DNA from: Alkalispirochaeta sp.
Lineage (GTDB): Bacteria > Spirochaetota > Spirochaetia > DSM-27196 > Alkalispirochaetaceae
DNA: 64,000 bases
Direction of reading: 5' to 3'
NCBI GenBank assembly: GCA_965601925.1
Contig: OZ271854.1
Coordinates: 1,920,001-1,984,000 of the forward strand
Shown here: one piece after another, positions 27,888 to 37,546 of the stretch
Layout of the letters: every line of letters starts with the position of its first letter
How positions within the stretch are numbered: the stretch's first letter is position 1
The notes under the pieces: generated by a model
Databases searched by the model: none
Seen by the model: only the letters and a program-made list of their open reading frames with translations
What the model was told of the DNA's origin: nothing
Position numbers and translations under genes: made by a program

Positions 27888-30800
27888 ACTCGTCCTTCGT
27901 CAGATCGTCTTTCTCGCCGTCGGCAGTATCGCGTATCGGTATCTCGACGAGTTGCTCAATCCCCTTCTGCCGCTCGTGCTCTACCTCACCGGATGGATTG
28001 CGCGCGCGGTCGCTTCCCGGAGGGCCGCGAAGCGGCCCTGGCTCTACCTTGCGGTCGCGATTCCGGGTCTTCCCGCCGCCGCGTTGTTTCTCGGATGGTT
28101 TGTGGCGCGATTCACTCACATCGGCGTCGCCGGTTGGCTCGAGGAGCAAATCGTGCTCTCGCCGTGGCGACTCCTGCCGGCGGCGATCATCGCCGGGGGA
28201 GCGCACTATTGGGACCTATGGGTGGAACGCACGCGTGCCGGCAGCGTGCTCTTTGCGCCGCTGATCGCCGCCACGGTTTTAGGGCTCTTCTGGTCGCAGG
28301 CGGAGTTCGATACCGCGCTTTTAGGACACCCGTCGTGGTACGCCGCCTTCGCCGTCGGAATCGCCATCGTGCTCGTGGTGCACCGCTTTGTCGCCTCCCG
28401 AACCGTACACGGCCCGAGTAGCGTCGGGAGGTCGGTCGTCTCTCTGGCCTTCGTCGTCCTCGCCATGGTTGCGGCATTGCTCGGCGCGTATCGCGGATGG
28501 CAGAATCGCGCGGTCGCCGCCGGCGGCGGGCTGGTGCGCCCGACAATGTTTCGCTTCGACTTCGCCGATTATGTCAGCTTGGAGAGCGAAATCAGTCTGA
28601 GCCGCGATCTGGTTTTTCTGTATCGCGAACAAGACCCCCCGTCCGATCGACTACTACGGCGCTACGTGTTGAGCGGATATTCGTCGCGGCGCGGATTTTT
28701 CCGGTTGAGCGGGAGCGACGAACCGGACGTCGCGCCTCCTTTGTCGGTCGATGCGGCCGTCCGAGAGGGTCTGCGACCTCCCGAAGGGGAACGTTCTCTC
28801 CCTGATGCTTCGAGGCGCGACGCGCATGCGGTATCTCAAGAGTACTACGTCGTGAACTTCGATCCCGACGCGTTGGTTGCCGTCAACACACCCATCGCCG
28901 TCGAGCCGCTCGCTCGCTGGGACGACGCGTCATTCAATAGTGTGTATCGCGTGACCTCGGAGCTGCCGCGCTCGTCACCGCGGACGTTACGCGATGCGCC
29001 GTGGCCCCGCGATCTACCGCCCCGGTGGCGGGACGTGTATCTATCGGGAGCCGTGCATTCGGACATCGCCGCTTTGGCGCGACGAGTAACCGCCGAGGCG
29101 GACGGCTACTACGATACCGTTACGCGTGTACGCAACTATCTTCTCGATGAGTACTACTACAGCCTCAACCCCGGCCGCGCGGCGGACGGTGATCAACTCC
29201 GCCATTTTCTTTTTGAGAGTCGTAAAGGGTACTGTTCTTACTTCGCTTTCGCGATGGTTCTCATGCTTCGCTCGCTCGATGTTCCCTCGCGCGTAGCCGT
29301 CGGGTTTTTTGTGGATCCGTCCGTGGGGATGATCGGGTTCTATCCGATACGCGGCGACATGGCCCACGCGTGGGTCGAGGTGTGGTTCGACGATATCGGG
29401 TGGGTCGAGTTCGACCCAACTTCGACGACGATTGCTCCGGGAGAGATCGTAAACACCGACTACGGCGTCGATCGCGAGCAACTCTCGTCCCTCGTGCAGG
29501 AGATTTTGTCCCACGGCACCCTGAGCCCGCGCATGTCGGTGGACGACGGACGCGGCGGCGGAGCGCGGAGAACAGCTGCATCGTCGTATGCGGCGACGGT
29601 AGCGGTGGGCGCGACGTTGATCGGTGCTGCACTGACGTTTCGACGGCGCTCCCGATGGCGTTCACTGTGTCGCCGAAATCCGCGTCGCGCCGCGCTTATC
29701 GCTCTGGGTTCGACCCTCGACGCGGTGGGGATTGTCGTCGATCGGGGGAGCCTCGCAGGTCGACTACCCGCACCGTTACGTCTCGCCGGAGAGGCGGCCG
29801 ACCGCGCGCGCTTTGCTCCCGGGTTCGAACACGGCGATCTGCACGCGCTGATCGAAGCGTGCCGCGCCTATCTCATATTCCGTCGGCGGGAACTGCGGCG
29901 CGGTGGTCGCCGTCGAGCGCTCTTCCCCGGGCGGTGGTATCGGACACTACGTCTTGCCGTTGCGCTCCATATTCCGCCGCGCGTTCCGTGTCCGCGACGG
30001 CCCGTCAGCCGTGTCGAGCGCGTCCGCCGGGTCGCGGTCCTTGCGGTGTTCCTTCTCTCTCCTTGGCGGCTTCCGGACGTCGTATCGGCCCGGGAGCCGC
30101 AACGGGTCGTCTCCGAGGCCGATGAATGGGAACTCTCGATCCGCCGCGCCGTCAGAAATGAGAATTACGAAGAGGCGCTCCGGCGTATCGCCGAGGCGCG
30201 ACGGCGCTTTCCCGGCGACTACCGCTTCGTCCTGTTGAGCGGGGATCTCTACTACGACCACGAGTTGTTTGATCTTGCGCGCGCGGCGTACGAAGAGGCC
30301 CTCCACATCGGCGCTCCTGAGTATTCCACCCGGTATATTCTCAGTCGCACCCTCTCGCGAATCAACGCCGACCACGATGCGATCGACCTCTTGGAAGTGC
30401 TACACCGGCAGATTCCCGAGGATCTCACCGTCGTCGGCGATCTCGCATGGTTGTACTACAAGGTGCACCGTCTGGAGGACGCGCGCGACATGCTCGAGGC
30501 GACGCTCGACCGGGTCGGGTTCGATCGCGAACTATCGGTGACCCTCGCGACCGTATACGCCGGTCTGTGGGACTACGAGGCGGCGCTGGCCGAGTACGAA
30601 CGGGCGATCCGGCGCGCTCACGTCGATACCGATCGTACGTTTATTGCCGTTGCGTACTACAATCTCAGCATACTTCACGCCAACTTTTACCGCTGGGACG
30701 ACGCGTTGGAGGCCGCCGAACGGTCGATCGAGACCGAGGAGCGATCGAGCGGCTACCGGATACGGGCGGAGTTGCGCGAACAGGAGCTGCGTATTGAGGA

Positions 30801-31836
30801 TGCCGAGGCGGACTACTCTCGAGCCGCGCTTCTGGACACGTTTACGCCTCTTGCCGATCTAAATCTTGCGTCGTTGCGGATCGCCGCCGGGCAACCCGAT
30901 CGAGCACTCGACATTTTGGAAAGTATTCGTGAAGAAGACAATCGCACGTGGATGTACAATTACGGCACCGATCCCGATCGTTATCTCCAACAGTTCTACG
31001 GCGTATTCTCCGATGCGTTGGAGGCCGCCGCCAACGTGGATCGACTGCATCGCCCGGGGCGGTTTGCGTCGCGTCTCGCTCGCTGGGCGCGCGGCGCGTA
31101 CCGTCACGTCGCCGCGTGGTACCATCGCGGGCTCCATCGTCGCCGAAGCCTTATCGTGGCCGACTCGTATCGACGTCAAAACCGAACACTTCTCGCTTCG
31201 TTGAATCGAGTGCTCGCAGCCGAGGCGTGGCCCGCTCTGGCGTTGCGGCACATCGATGTCGCCCAGGGCGAGGAAGCGCGAATCGGTGCTGAGGCGACGA
31301 TCGATTACGAACTCTTAGCAGCATCGCTCCATCGCGATACGGATCGACTTCTGGAGCTTACCGGCGCTCTCTCCACGCGATGGCATCGCAGCAATCGTCT
31401 CGACGCACTGCGAGAAGTCTATCGCCGATCGTCTCCACGAGATCCGCGCGCGCTATCGGCGGCCGCGCGGGCGTGGGCAATGCACCCCGGCGCATTCTTA
31501 ACCCACGGTTTGCGTATTCCCGTCGCCGTAGAGAGTGTTGCATCGACCGGCGTGTCCGGCGCCCAAGGCCCGACGCCCCCGCCGCGCCGTGTCGTGGTAC
31601 GAACGTTGAGGCGTCTCGGATTTCGCCCCGCGGAACGGAGTCCACTCGTGCTGAAGCTGGAATGGGGGGCGGGGAGGCTTGAGTACCGGATGTACGACCG
31701 GGAGCTGGAACGCACACTCCGACGGGGTGAGATCGCCCTCGGCGAGGGGCGCGAGTCGGTACGCCTCGCCCTCGAAAGCGTCGCCGCGACGCTTACCGGA
31801 AGCCGCAATGAACGGACCGTGCGGTCCGACGCTTAA
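27859..31836 (+). CDS. membrane transglutaminase-like (TgpA-type) protein fused to TPR region
   Basis: Multiple N-terminal TMs; GYCSYFA (Cys), AHAWVEV (His), FDPT (Asp); several C-terminal TPR-like helices; SD GGAGG before ATG 27859. Confidence 0.87.
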   Translation: MFTISARSTELVLRQIVFLAVGSIAYRYLDELLNPLLPLVLYLTGWIARAVASRRAAKRPWLYLAVAIPGLPAAALFLGWFVARFTHIGVAGWLEEQIVLSPWRLLPAAIIAGGAHYWDLWVERTRAGSVLFAPLIAATVLGLFWSQAEFDTALLGHPSWYAAFAVGIAIVLVVHRFVASRTVHGPSSVGRSVVSLAFVVLAMVAALLGAYRGWQNRAVAAGGGLVRPTMFRFDFADYVSLESEISLSRDLVFLYREQDPPSDRLLRRYVLSGYSSRRGFFRLSGSDEPDVAPPLSVDAAVREGLRPPEGERSLPDASRRDAHAVSQEYYVVNFDPDALVAVNTPIAVEPLARWDDASFNSVYRVTSELPRSSPRTLRDAPWPRDLPPRWRDVYLSGAVHSDIAALARRVTAEADGYYDTVTRVRNYLLDEYYYSLNPGRAADGDQLRHFLFESRKGYCSYFAFAMVLMLRSLDVPSRVAVGFFVDPSVGMIGFYPIRGDMAHAWVEVWFDDIGWVEFDPTSTTIAPGEIVNTDYGVDREQLSSLVQEILSHGTLSPRMSVDDGRGGGARRTAASSYAATVAVGATLIGAALTFRRRSRWRSLCRRNPRRAALIALGSTLDAVGIVVDRGSLAGRLPAPLRLAGEAADRARFAPGFEHGDLHALIEACRAYLIFRRRELRRGGRRRALFPGRWYRTLRLAVALHIPPRVPCPRRPVSRVERVRRVAVLAVFLLSPWRLPDVVSAREPQRVVSEADEWELSIRRAVRNENYEEALRRIAEARRRFPGDYRFVLLSGDLYYDHELFDLARAAYEEALHIGAPEYSTRYILSRTLSRINADHDAIDLLEVLHRQIPEDLTVVGDLAWLYYKVHRLEDARDMLEATLDRVGFDRELSVTLATVYAGLWDYEAALAEYERAIRRAHVDTDRTFIAVAYYNLSILHANFYRWDDALEAAERSIETEERSSGYRIRAELREQELRIEDAEADYSRAALLDTFTPLADLNLASLRIAAGQPDRALDILESIREEDNRTWMYNYGTDPDRYLQQFYGVFSDALEAAANVDRLHRPGRFASRLARWARGAYRHVAAWYHRGLHRRRSLIVADSYRRQNRTLLASLNRVLAAEAWPALALRHIDVAQGEEARIGAEATIDYELLAASLHRDTDRLLELTGALSTRWHRSNRLDALREVYRRSSPRDPRALSAAARAWAMHPGAFLTHGLRIPVAVESVASTGVSGAQGPTPPPRRVVVRTLRRLGFRPAERSPLVLKLEWGAGRLEYRMYDRELERTLRRGEIALGEGRESVRLALESVAATLTGSRNERTVRSDA

Positions 31837-31844
31837 CGCTCGAT

Positions 31845-32831
31845 TTACCAGTACAGCAGATTGCCGCCGTAGGTCAGCCCGCCTCCGAAGCCGATGGTCA
31901 AAAGAAGGTCGCCGCGCTCAATCAGTTCCTTTTCGTACAGTTCGTTGAGAACGAGAGGAATAGACGCCGCCGAAGTGTTGGCATACTCGGCTATGTTCGT
32001 ATAAAAGCGTCCCGCGTCCCATCCCGCACGTTTGGCCGCCGCGCTGATGATACGGACGTTCGCCTGGTGAGGTATGATGCGGCCGATCTCGTCGAAGGAT
32101 ATGTCATTCCTGCTCAGCAGTTCCTGAATCACATCCACCACGACCGCGACCGCAAAATTGTACACTCGGCGACCGTCCATCTTCAGTTTAAGAAGATCTT
32201 CCGGCGTCTCTCCCGGCACGTAGCGGTTCCGGGAGCCCCCGTGCGAGCGGTAGAGCGCCTCGGCGCCCGACCCCTTGGACCCGAGAAGCGCGGGAAGTAC
32301 GCGAGACGGCTCCCCCTCGTCGGCGGCGCTAACGACGACCGCGCCGGCGCCGTCGCCGAAGAGGACGCAGGTACGCCTGTCGTTCCAATCGACGATGCGG
32401 CTGTAAAGCTCCGTGCCGATGAGCAGTACGTTTCGCGCGGAGCCGGCGGCAACGTACGTACGCGCGGTCTCGAGTCCGTAGACAAAGCCGGTGCACGCGG
32501 CGGTGATGTCCATAGCGCCGGCGTTGGGAATCCCGAGCTTGTCCTGGACGATACAGGCGGTCGACGGAAGACCGACGTAGTCGGGCGTACTCGTCGCGAC
32601 CAATACCAGATCGATATCGGAGGGTTGGAGTTGTGCGCGCTCCAACGCTTGTCGCGCTGCGGGAACGGCGAGGTCGCTCGCCGCCTCGTCTTCGGCGGCG
32701 ATATGGCGATAGTGGATTCCGGTATGGGAGTAGATCCAGTCGTCGGAAGTATCCAGCGTCTCGGCAAGCTCATCGTTGTGTACACGGCGCGCAGGAACGT
32801 AGGCGCCGACGGAAGCGATCTTTGCATTCAC
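31845..32831 (-). CDS. fabH: beta-ketoacyl-ACP synthase III
   Basis: AACTGF, LFGDGAGA, PHQAN, ANTSAAS, GFGGGLT. Start is GTG 32831 or ATG 32837. Confidence 0.96.
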   Translation of the reverse strand: MNAKIASVGAYVPARRVHNDELAETLDTSDDWIYSHTGIHYRHIAAEDEAASDLAVPAARQALERAQLQPSDIDLVLVATSTPDYVGLPSTACIVQDKLGIPNAGAMDITAACTGFVYGLETARTYVAAGSARNVLLIGTELYSRIVDWNDRRTCVLFGDGAGAVVVSAADEGEPSRVLPALLGSKGSGAEALYRSHGGSRNRYVPGETPEDLLKLKMDGRRVYNFAVAVVVDVIQELLSRNDISFDEIGRIIPHQANVRIISAAAKRAGWDAGRFYTNIAEYANTSAASIPLVLNELYEKELIERGDLLLTIGFGGGLTYGGNLLYW

Positions 32832-33037
32832 ACTCATGTACCTTATCACCGGAAGGTAACAAATCCGCACGGGGTTTGTCAGCTCAGGCGGTCGTCGGCC
32901 GAGCGTTTTGCCGCCGCATTGTTGCGATGCGGAGTGTTGCAGTCGGCGGCTGTGACGAGCGACTTCGGTGTACGGTGTTTGTCGGTCGATAACCGATTGC
33001 TTGAATCGTTCGGTCGCGCTGTGATACCGTTAGCCAT

Positions 33038-33997
33038 ATGAAGACGGTTTTTATGTTTCCCGGCCAAGGGGCGCAATTCCCCGGTATGGCGCGCGACCTG
33101 TACGACTACAGCGCCGCGGTTCGGGACCTTTTTGCATCGGCGTCGGAGGTGACGCATAAAGACATCGCCGCGCTTCTCTTCGATAGCACCGAGGAGGAGT
33201 TGAAGCAGACCGACAACACACAGATCGCCGTTACCGTCGCCAATTTGGCGGCGCGTCAAGTGTTGTCGGAGTTCGGTATCGAAAGCGATATGTCGGCGGG
33301 GTTCAGTCTGGGGGAGTACGCTGCGCTCGTAGACGCGGGCGTTTTGCGTTACGAGGATGCCGTCACGGCGGTACTCCACCGCGGTCGTATTATGGAGCGC
33401 GTAAGTCGAACGCTCGACGACGACGCCGGGCGAGCCGGCATGGTCGCCACCATGGGTAAAGACCTTCCCGAGGTCGCCGCGATTCTCTCCGGCGCGGGAG
33501 TAACCGACGCCTATCCGTCGCTCTACAACAGCCCCGTCCAGACGGTCGTGGGCGGTTCGGCTCGCGCGTTGGCAGGGGCGACCGATGCACTTAAAGCCGG
33601 CGGAGTGCGACGGGTCATCCCCCTCAAAGTCTCGGGACCGTTTCATACTCCGCTTATGGCCCCGGCGCGCGATGCGTTTGCGCACGTGTTGGGCGACATA
33701 CCGTTCTCCGATCCTCTGCGGCCGACCTATTCGAACGTTCACGGAAGGACCGTAGGAACGGGCGAGGAGGCGCGCACCCTGTGTCTCGAACAGTTGGTCC
33801 GGACGGTGTTATGGACCACCGAGGAACGTCAGCTCTTGACCGACGGCGCCGAGCTGCTTTTGGAGGTAGGACCGGGTTCGGTGCTCCAAGGATTGTGGAA
33901 AGCCGTTTCCAAAGCGGACGCGCAGTGGCCGTCGGATCGGTGTCGTACCGCCGGTACGCTGGAAGAGATTGAAGGGATTGCGAAGGAGTTTTCTTGA
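33038..33997 (+). CDS. fabD: malonyl-CoA:ACP transacylase
   Basis: FPGQGAQ, GFSLGEY, VSGPFHT, EVGPG. Confidence 0.95.
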   Translation: MKTVFMFPGQGAQFPGMARDLYDYSAAVRDLFASASEVTHKDIAALLFDSTEEELKQTDNTQIAVTVANLAARQVLSEFGIESDMSAGFSLGEYAALVDAGVLRYEDAVTAVLHRGRIMERVSRTLDDDAGRAGMVATMGKDLPEVAAILSGAGVTDAYPSLYNSPVQTVVGGSARALAGATDALKAGGVRRVIPLKVSGPFHTPLMAPARDAFAHVLGDIPFSDPLRPTYSNVHGRTVGTGEEARTLCLEQLVRTVLWTTEERQLLTDGAELLLEVGPGSVLQGLWKAVSKADAQWPSDRCRTAGTLEEIEGIAKEFS

Positions 33998-34734
33998 TGT
34001 TGATGGATGGAAAGGTTGTAATCGTCACCGGCGGGTCCCGCGGGATCGGTCGCACCATTGTCGATAGTTTCTTGCGCGCCGGTGCTGTCGTGCACTACCT
34101 GTCTCGCAGCGAAGGAGACGCTCTCGAGCAACTTCGTGCGCAATACGGCGCCGGTGCGGTGCACCACCACACCGTCGACGTAAGTGACGAGCCCTCGGTG
34201 TCGACCGCGATCTCCGAGATCATCGAGGCGCACGACGGTGTCGATGTGTTGGTCAACAATGCCGGCATTACGCGAGACGGGTTGATTATGCGTATGTCCG
34301 CGGAGGATTGGCGTACCGTTCTGGACGTCAACTTGGCGAGCGCTTTTTACACCAGTAAGGCGTTGGCGCGTCACATGATAAAACGCCGTGGCGGAGCGAT
34401 CATAAACATCACATCGGTGGTCGGAATCACCGGCAACGCCGGCCAGGCGAATTACGCGGCGAGCAAGGCCGGTCTGATCGGGTTCACCAAGAGCATCGCT
34501 CGCGAGGTCGCGAGCCGTAACGTGCGGGTCAACGCGATCGCTCCCGGATTCATAGATACCGAAATGACCGACAAACTCAACGATCAGCAGCGCGAGACGC
34601 TACAGAGCCAGATTCCCATGGGGCGCATCGGCAGCGCCGAGGAAGTTGCGCAGGTATGCCTCTTTCTCGCCTCCGATATGGCCTCCTACATCACCGGCGA
34701 GGTCATCACCGTCGGCGGCGGTCTGGCGATGTGA
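33997..34734 (+). CDS. fabG: 3-oxoacyl-ACP reductase
   Basis: TGGSRGIG, NNAGITRD, NYAASKAG, IAPGFI. Confidence 0.96.
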   Translation: MLMDGKVVIVTGGSRGIGRTIVDSFLRAGAVVHYLSRSEGDALEQLRAQYGAGAVHHHTVDVSDEPSVSTAISEIIEAHDGVDVLVNNAGITRDGLIMRMSAEDWRTVLDVNLASAFYTSKALARHMIKRRGGAIINITSVVGITGNAGQANYAASKAGLIGFTKSIAREVASRNVRVNAIAPGFIDTEMTDKLNDQQRETLQSQIPMGRIGSAEEVAQVCLFLASDMASYITGEVITVGGGLAM

Positions 34735-34744
34735 GGGAGGATAC

Positions 34745-35989
34745 ATGAAAAGAGTCGTACTAACCGGTTTGGGCGTCGTGAGCCCGGTAGGAAATAGTGT
34801 AGAGGATTTTTGGCAATCGATCCGCAACGGAGTGAGCGGTGCAGGACCGATCACGCGGTTCGACACGTCGAAGTACGTCACCTCCTACGCTGCGGAGGTC
34901 AAGGATTTCGATCCTAAGGTGCGCATCGACCGTCGCGAGGCGCGTAAGATGGACCTTTTCGCGCAGTATTCGGTATACGCCGCGCGGGAGGCGTTCGAGC
35001 AGGCCGGGTTTCTCGATAACGAGGGTTCATACGATCCGGAGCGCGTCGGCGTTGTGCTGGGAGTCGGTATCGGCGGTTTCGAGACGATCGAAGACTCACT
35101 ACAGTCGCTGTTCGACCGCGGTCCCGATCGCGTATCGCCCATGACGGTGGTCAAGATGATCTCCAACATGGGACCCGCGCACATCGCGATTAACTTGAAC
35201 GCCCACGGACCGGTATACACCGTAACGACCGCGTGCGCGAGCGCGACCGATGCGATCGGAAACGCCATGCGTCACATTCGCGAAGGTCTTGCCGACGTCA
35301 TGATCGCCGGAGGAGCCGAGGCGCCCATTACGCAGTTGGGTATTTCGGGCTTCAATGTGATTCAGGCGCTCAGCAGTAAGTTCGCAGACGATCCCACTCG
35401 CGCCTCCCGACCCTTCGACAAGGATCGCGACGGGTTTCTCATGGGGGAGGGCGCCGGTATCTTGATTCTGGAAAGCTTGGAACACGCACAGGCGCGCGGG
35501 GCGACCATTATCGCCGAGGTTGCCGGCAACGGGTTCACGAACGACGCCAACCATCTCACCGCACCGCATCCCGAAGGTCTCGGCGCATCCAAAGCGATGA
35601 GTAACGCCCTCAAGGATGCGAGTCTCGCTCCCGAGGATATCGACTATCTCAACGCCCACGGGACCTCGACGCCGATCAACGATCCGACCGAGACGCTGGC
35701 GATTAAGCGAACCTTCGGCGATCACGCGACGAAGTTGGCCATATCCTCCTCCAAGTCGATGACCGGACACTGTCTCGGCGCCGCCGGTGGTATCGAGGCG
35801 GTCGTGACCGCGCTCTCTATTCGCGATAACTTCGTGCCGCCGACGATCAACTTGGAGGAGCCCGGCGAAGGGTGCGATCTGGACTACGTTCCCAACGTCG
35901 GACGCGCCCAGCCGGTCCGGGCGGCGATGAGTAATTCGCTTGGATTCGGCGGACATAACGGAGTGCTGGTGCTCAAGCGATACGAGTAG
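34745..35989 (+). CDS. fabF: beta-ketoacyl-ACP synthase II
   Basis: TACAS, NAHGTST, KSMTGHCLGAAG, SNSLGFGG; SD GGGAGG. Confidence 0.96.
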   Translation: MKRVVLTGLGVVSPVGNSVEDFWQSIRNGVSGAGPITRFDTSKYVTSYAAEVKDFDPKVRIDRREARKMDLFAQYSVYAAREAFEQAGFLDNEGSYDPERVGVVLGVGIGGFETIEDSLQSLFDRGPDRVSPMTVVKMISNMGPAHIAINLNAHGPVYTVTTACASATDAIGNAMRHIREGLADVMIAGGAEAPITQLGISGFNVIQALSSKFADDPTRASRPFDKDRDGFLMGEGAGILILESLEHAQARGATIIAEVAGNGFTNDANHLTAPHPEGLGASKAMSNALKDASLAPEDIDYLNAHGTSTPINDPTETLAIKRTFGDHATKLAISSSKSMTGHCLGAAGGIEAVVTALSIRDNFVPPTINLEEPGEGCDLDYVPNVGRAQPVRAAMSNSLGFGGHNGVLVLKRYE

Positions 35990-36023
35990 TACATCGGCAT
36001 CCGTAGGGCCGGTGGAAAGGGAC

Positions 36024-36061
36024 AAAAAAAGCCTTCCTTCGATTCCGAAGGAAGGCTTTTT
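36024..36061. terminator. bidirectional intrinsic terminator
   Basis: A7-GCCTTCCTTCG-ATTC-CGAAGGAAGGC-T5 between convergent fabF and rubredoxin. Confidence 0.9.
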
Positions 36062-36083
36062 CGTTCCGCTCAGACGGCGTGGG

Positions 36084-36248
36084 TTACTCTTCTTCTACCT
36101 CGAACTCGTCTTTCTCGGCGCCGCACACGGGACATACCCAGTCTTCCGGCAAGTCCTCGAACGAGGTTCCCGGCGGGATGTCGGTGTCGGGATCGCCTTC
36201 CGCCGGATCGTAGATGTAGCCGCACATGTTGCATACATACTTCTTCAT
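36084..36248 (-). CDS. rubredoxin (54 aa; absent from the ORF track)
   Basis: [61 protein letters not shown]. Confidence 0.97.
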   Translation of the reverse strand: MKKYVCNMCGYIYDPAEGDPDTDIPPGTSFEDLPEDWVCPVCGAEKDEFEVEEE

Positions 36249-36263
36249 GCTTTCTCTCCTCTA

Positions 36264-36944
36264 CTATGGCCACTGCACGTCGGTGAGCAGCGTCAGTTTG
36301 GTTTTACTTCGTTCGTCCTCAGGATTGAGATCCAGAGCACGTTGAAAACACTTTATCGCCTCGGTGTTGTGGTGGAGCCCGTAGTGGGTCGTGCCGAGCA
36401 TGTAGTGAACCTCGGCAAAATTGGGCGTCTCATCGACCAACTCCGTGAGAAGACTCAACGCCTCTTCGAAATTCTTGTGTTTTATCTGCAGTTGCGCAAG
36501 ATAAAAGTTGGCGATTCGTGAGTTCGGAGAGGCCTCGTGGAATCCGGCAAAAGCCGTGGCCGCGGCCTGATCGTCGCCGAGAAAGAGATTGATAAGCCCG
36601 ACGAAGTAACTCGCCATAGCGTGAGACTGGCTTCCCATGTCTACAACGGCGGTAAACGCCTCTAAGGCCTTTTTCAGGCGGCCCATGCGATAGAGACACA
36701 CCCCCAACTTGTAGTAGGCGTTACCGAACTTCGGATTGGCGACGATCGCTTCGTTGTAGCGTGCGACGGCATCGTCCAGGGTACCCCGGGAGTAGGCGAT
36801 GTTTCCCCGTATCAGTTTTATGTACGGCTCATCCGGAAATCGCTCGTCCAACGCGGCGAACGCACCGGCCGCCTCGTCCCACTTACCCGAGAGATAGTGC
36901 TCCATCGCCTCGATGTATCGTTCGTCCTGATGATAACCCTGCAT
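36264..36944 (-). CDS. tetratricopeptide repeat protein
   Basis: Several TPR motifs (AYYKLGVCLY...ALEAF; VHYMLG...AIKCFQRALDLNP); SD GGAGG before ATG 36944. Confidence 0.9.
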   Translation of the reverse strand: MQGYHQDERYIEAMEHYLSGKWDEAAGAFAALDERFPDEPYIKLIRGNIAYSRGTLDDAVARYNEAIVANPKFGNAYYKLGVCLYRMGRLKKALEAFTAVVDMGSQSHAMASYFVGLINLFLGDDQAAATAFAGFHEASPNSRIANFYLAQLQIKHKNFEEALSLLTELVDETPNFAEVHYMLGTTHYGLHHNTEAIKCFQRALDLNPEDERSKTKLTLLTDVQWP

Positions 36945-37156
36945 CGGCTGCTCCCTCCGTAGTTGCGTAGTCAGTGTACTAGCGTAGCACCGCGGAATCA
37001 AGTAAATCGGTCGCGGCCCAACCACTCCGACCGTGGACTGCACTTCGTCCAATCCGTCGTCGGAACGCATCGAACGGATGTGCGGAACGGACCGATATGT
37101 GAGGTAACAACGGTGATCTCCATCGCAACGAGGGTTGCCGAGCGCGTCGCTCGACG

Positions 37157-37483
37157 CTATTCGGCCTCGACGAGAAGCTGGGGGTACGGTCCCTCTGTGA
37201 CGATGTGCAGTCGCACCCGTTTCGGATTGCCCATCTTGTTCAGCGCGCGGCCGCTCAACTCGACGGTACCGAGCTTACAGTCGTTGCTCTGATATACGTT
37301 GCCGTACAGCCCTTTTGCCGCCTCGGTCCACGTCGCCGGACTCTTGCCGTAATGTATCGCCACGGTCGTGTCGCTCATAAGTAAATCGAGATCGAAACCG
37401 TCATTCGGATTTATAACAACTTTTTTCTCGGGGAATGAAACATCTCCGAGTACTTTGAGAAAGCCCGTCTCCTTGAAGTCCAT
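37157..37483 (-). CDS. hypothetical protein (108 aa)
   Basis: Strong SD AGGAGGAG; co-oriented with neighbours. Confidence 0.75.
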   Translation of the reverse strand: MDFKETGFLKVLGDVSFPEKKVVINPNDGFDLDLLMSDTTVAIHYGKSPATWTEAAKGLYGNVYQSNDCKLGTVELSGRALNKMGNPKRVRLHIVTEGPYPQLLVEAE

Positions 37484-37546
37484 CACTCCTCCTGCATCTA
37501 TGGATGGGGGCGTTCGGTTGGATCCTCGATCCGCCGCAGCGGATGG

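Noticed and set aside
33299..33319. FabD GFSLG instead of GHSLG as a sign of inactivation
   Set aside because: The catalytic Ser and the PFHT His are intact and the operon context is normal.
36084..36944. Split LapB (TPR plus rubredoxin-like)
   Set aside because: The TPR protein lacks an N-terminal TM anchor and the rubredoxin is the classical stand-alone type.
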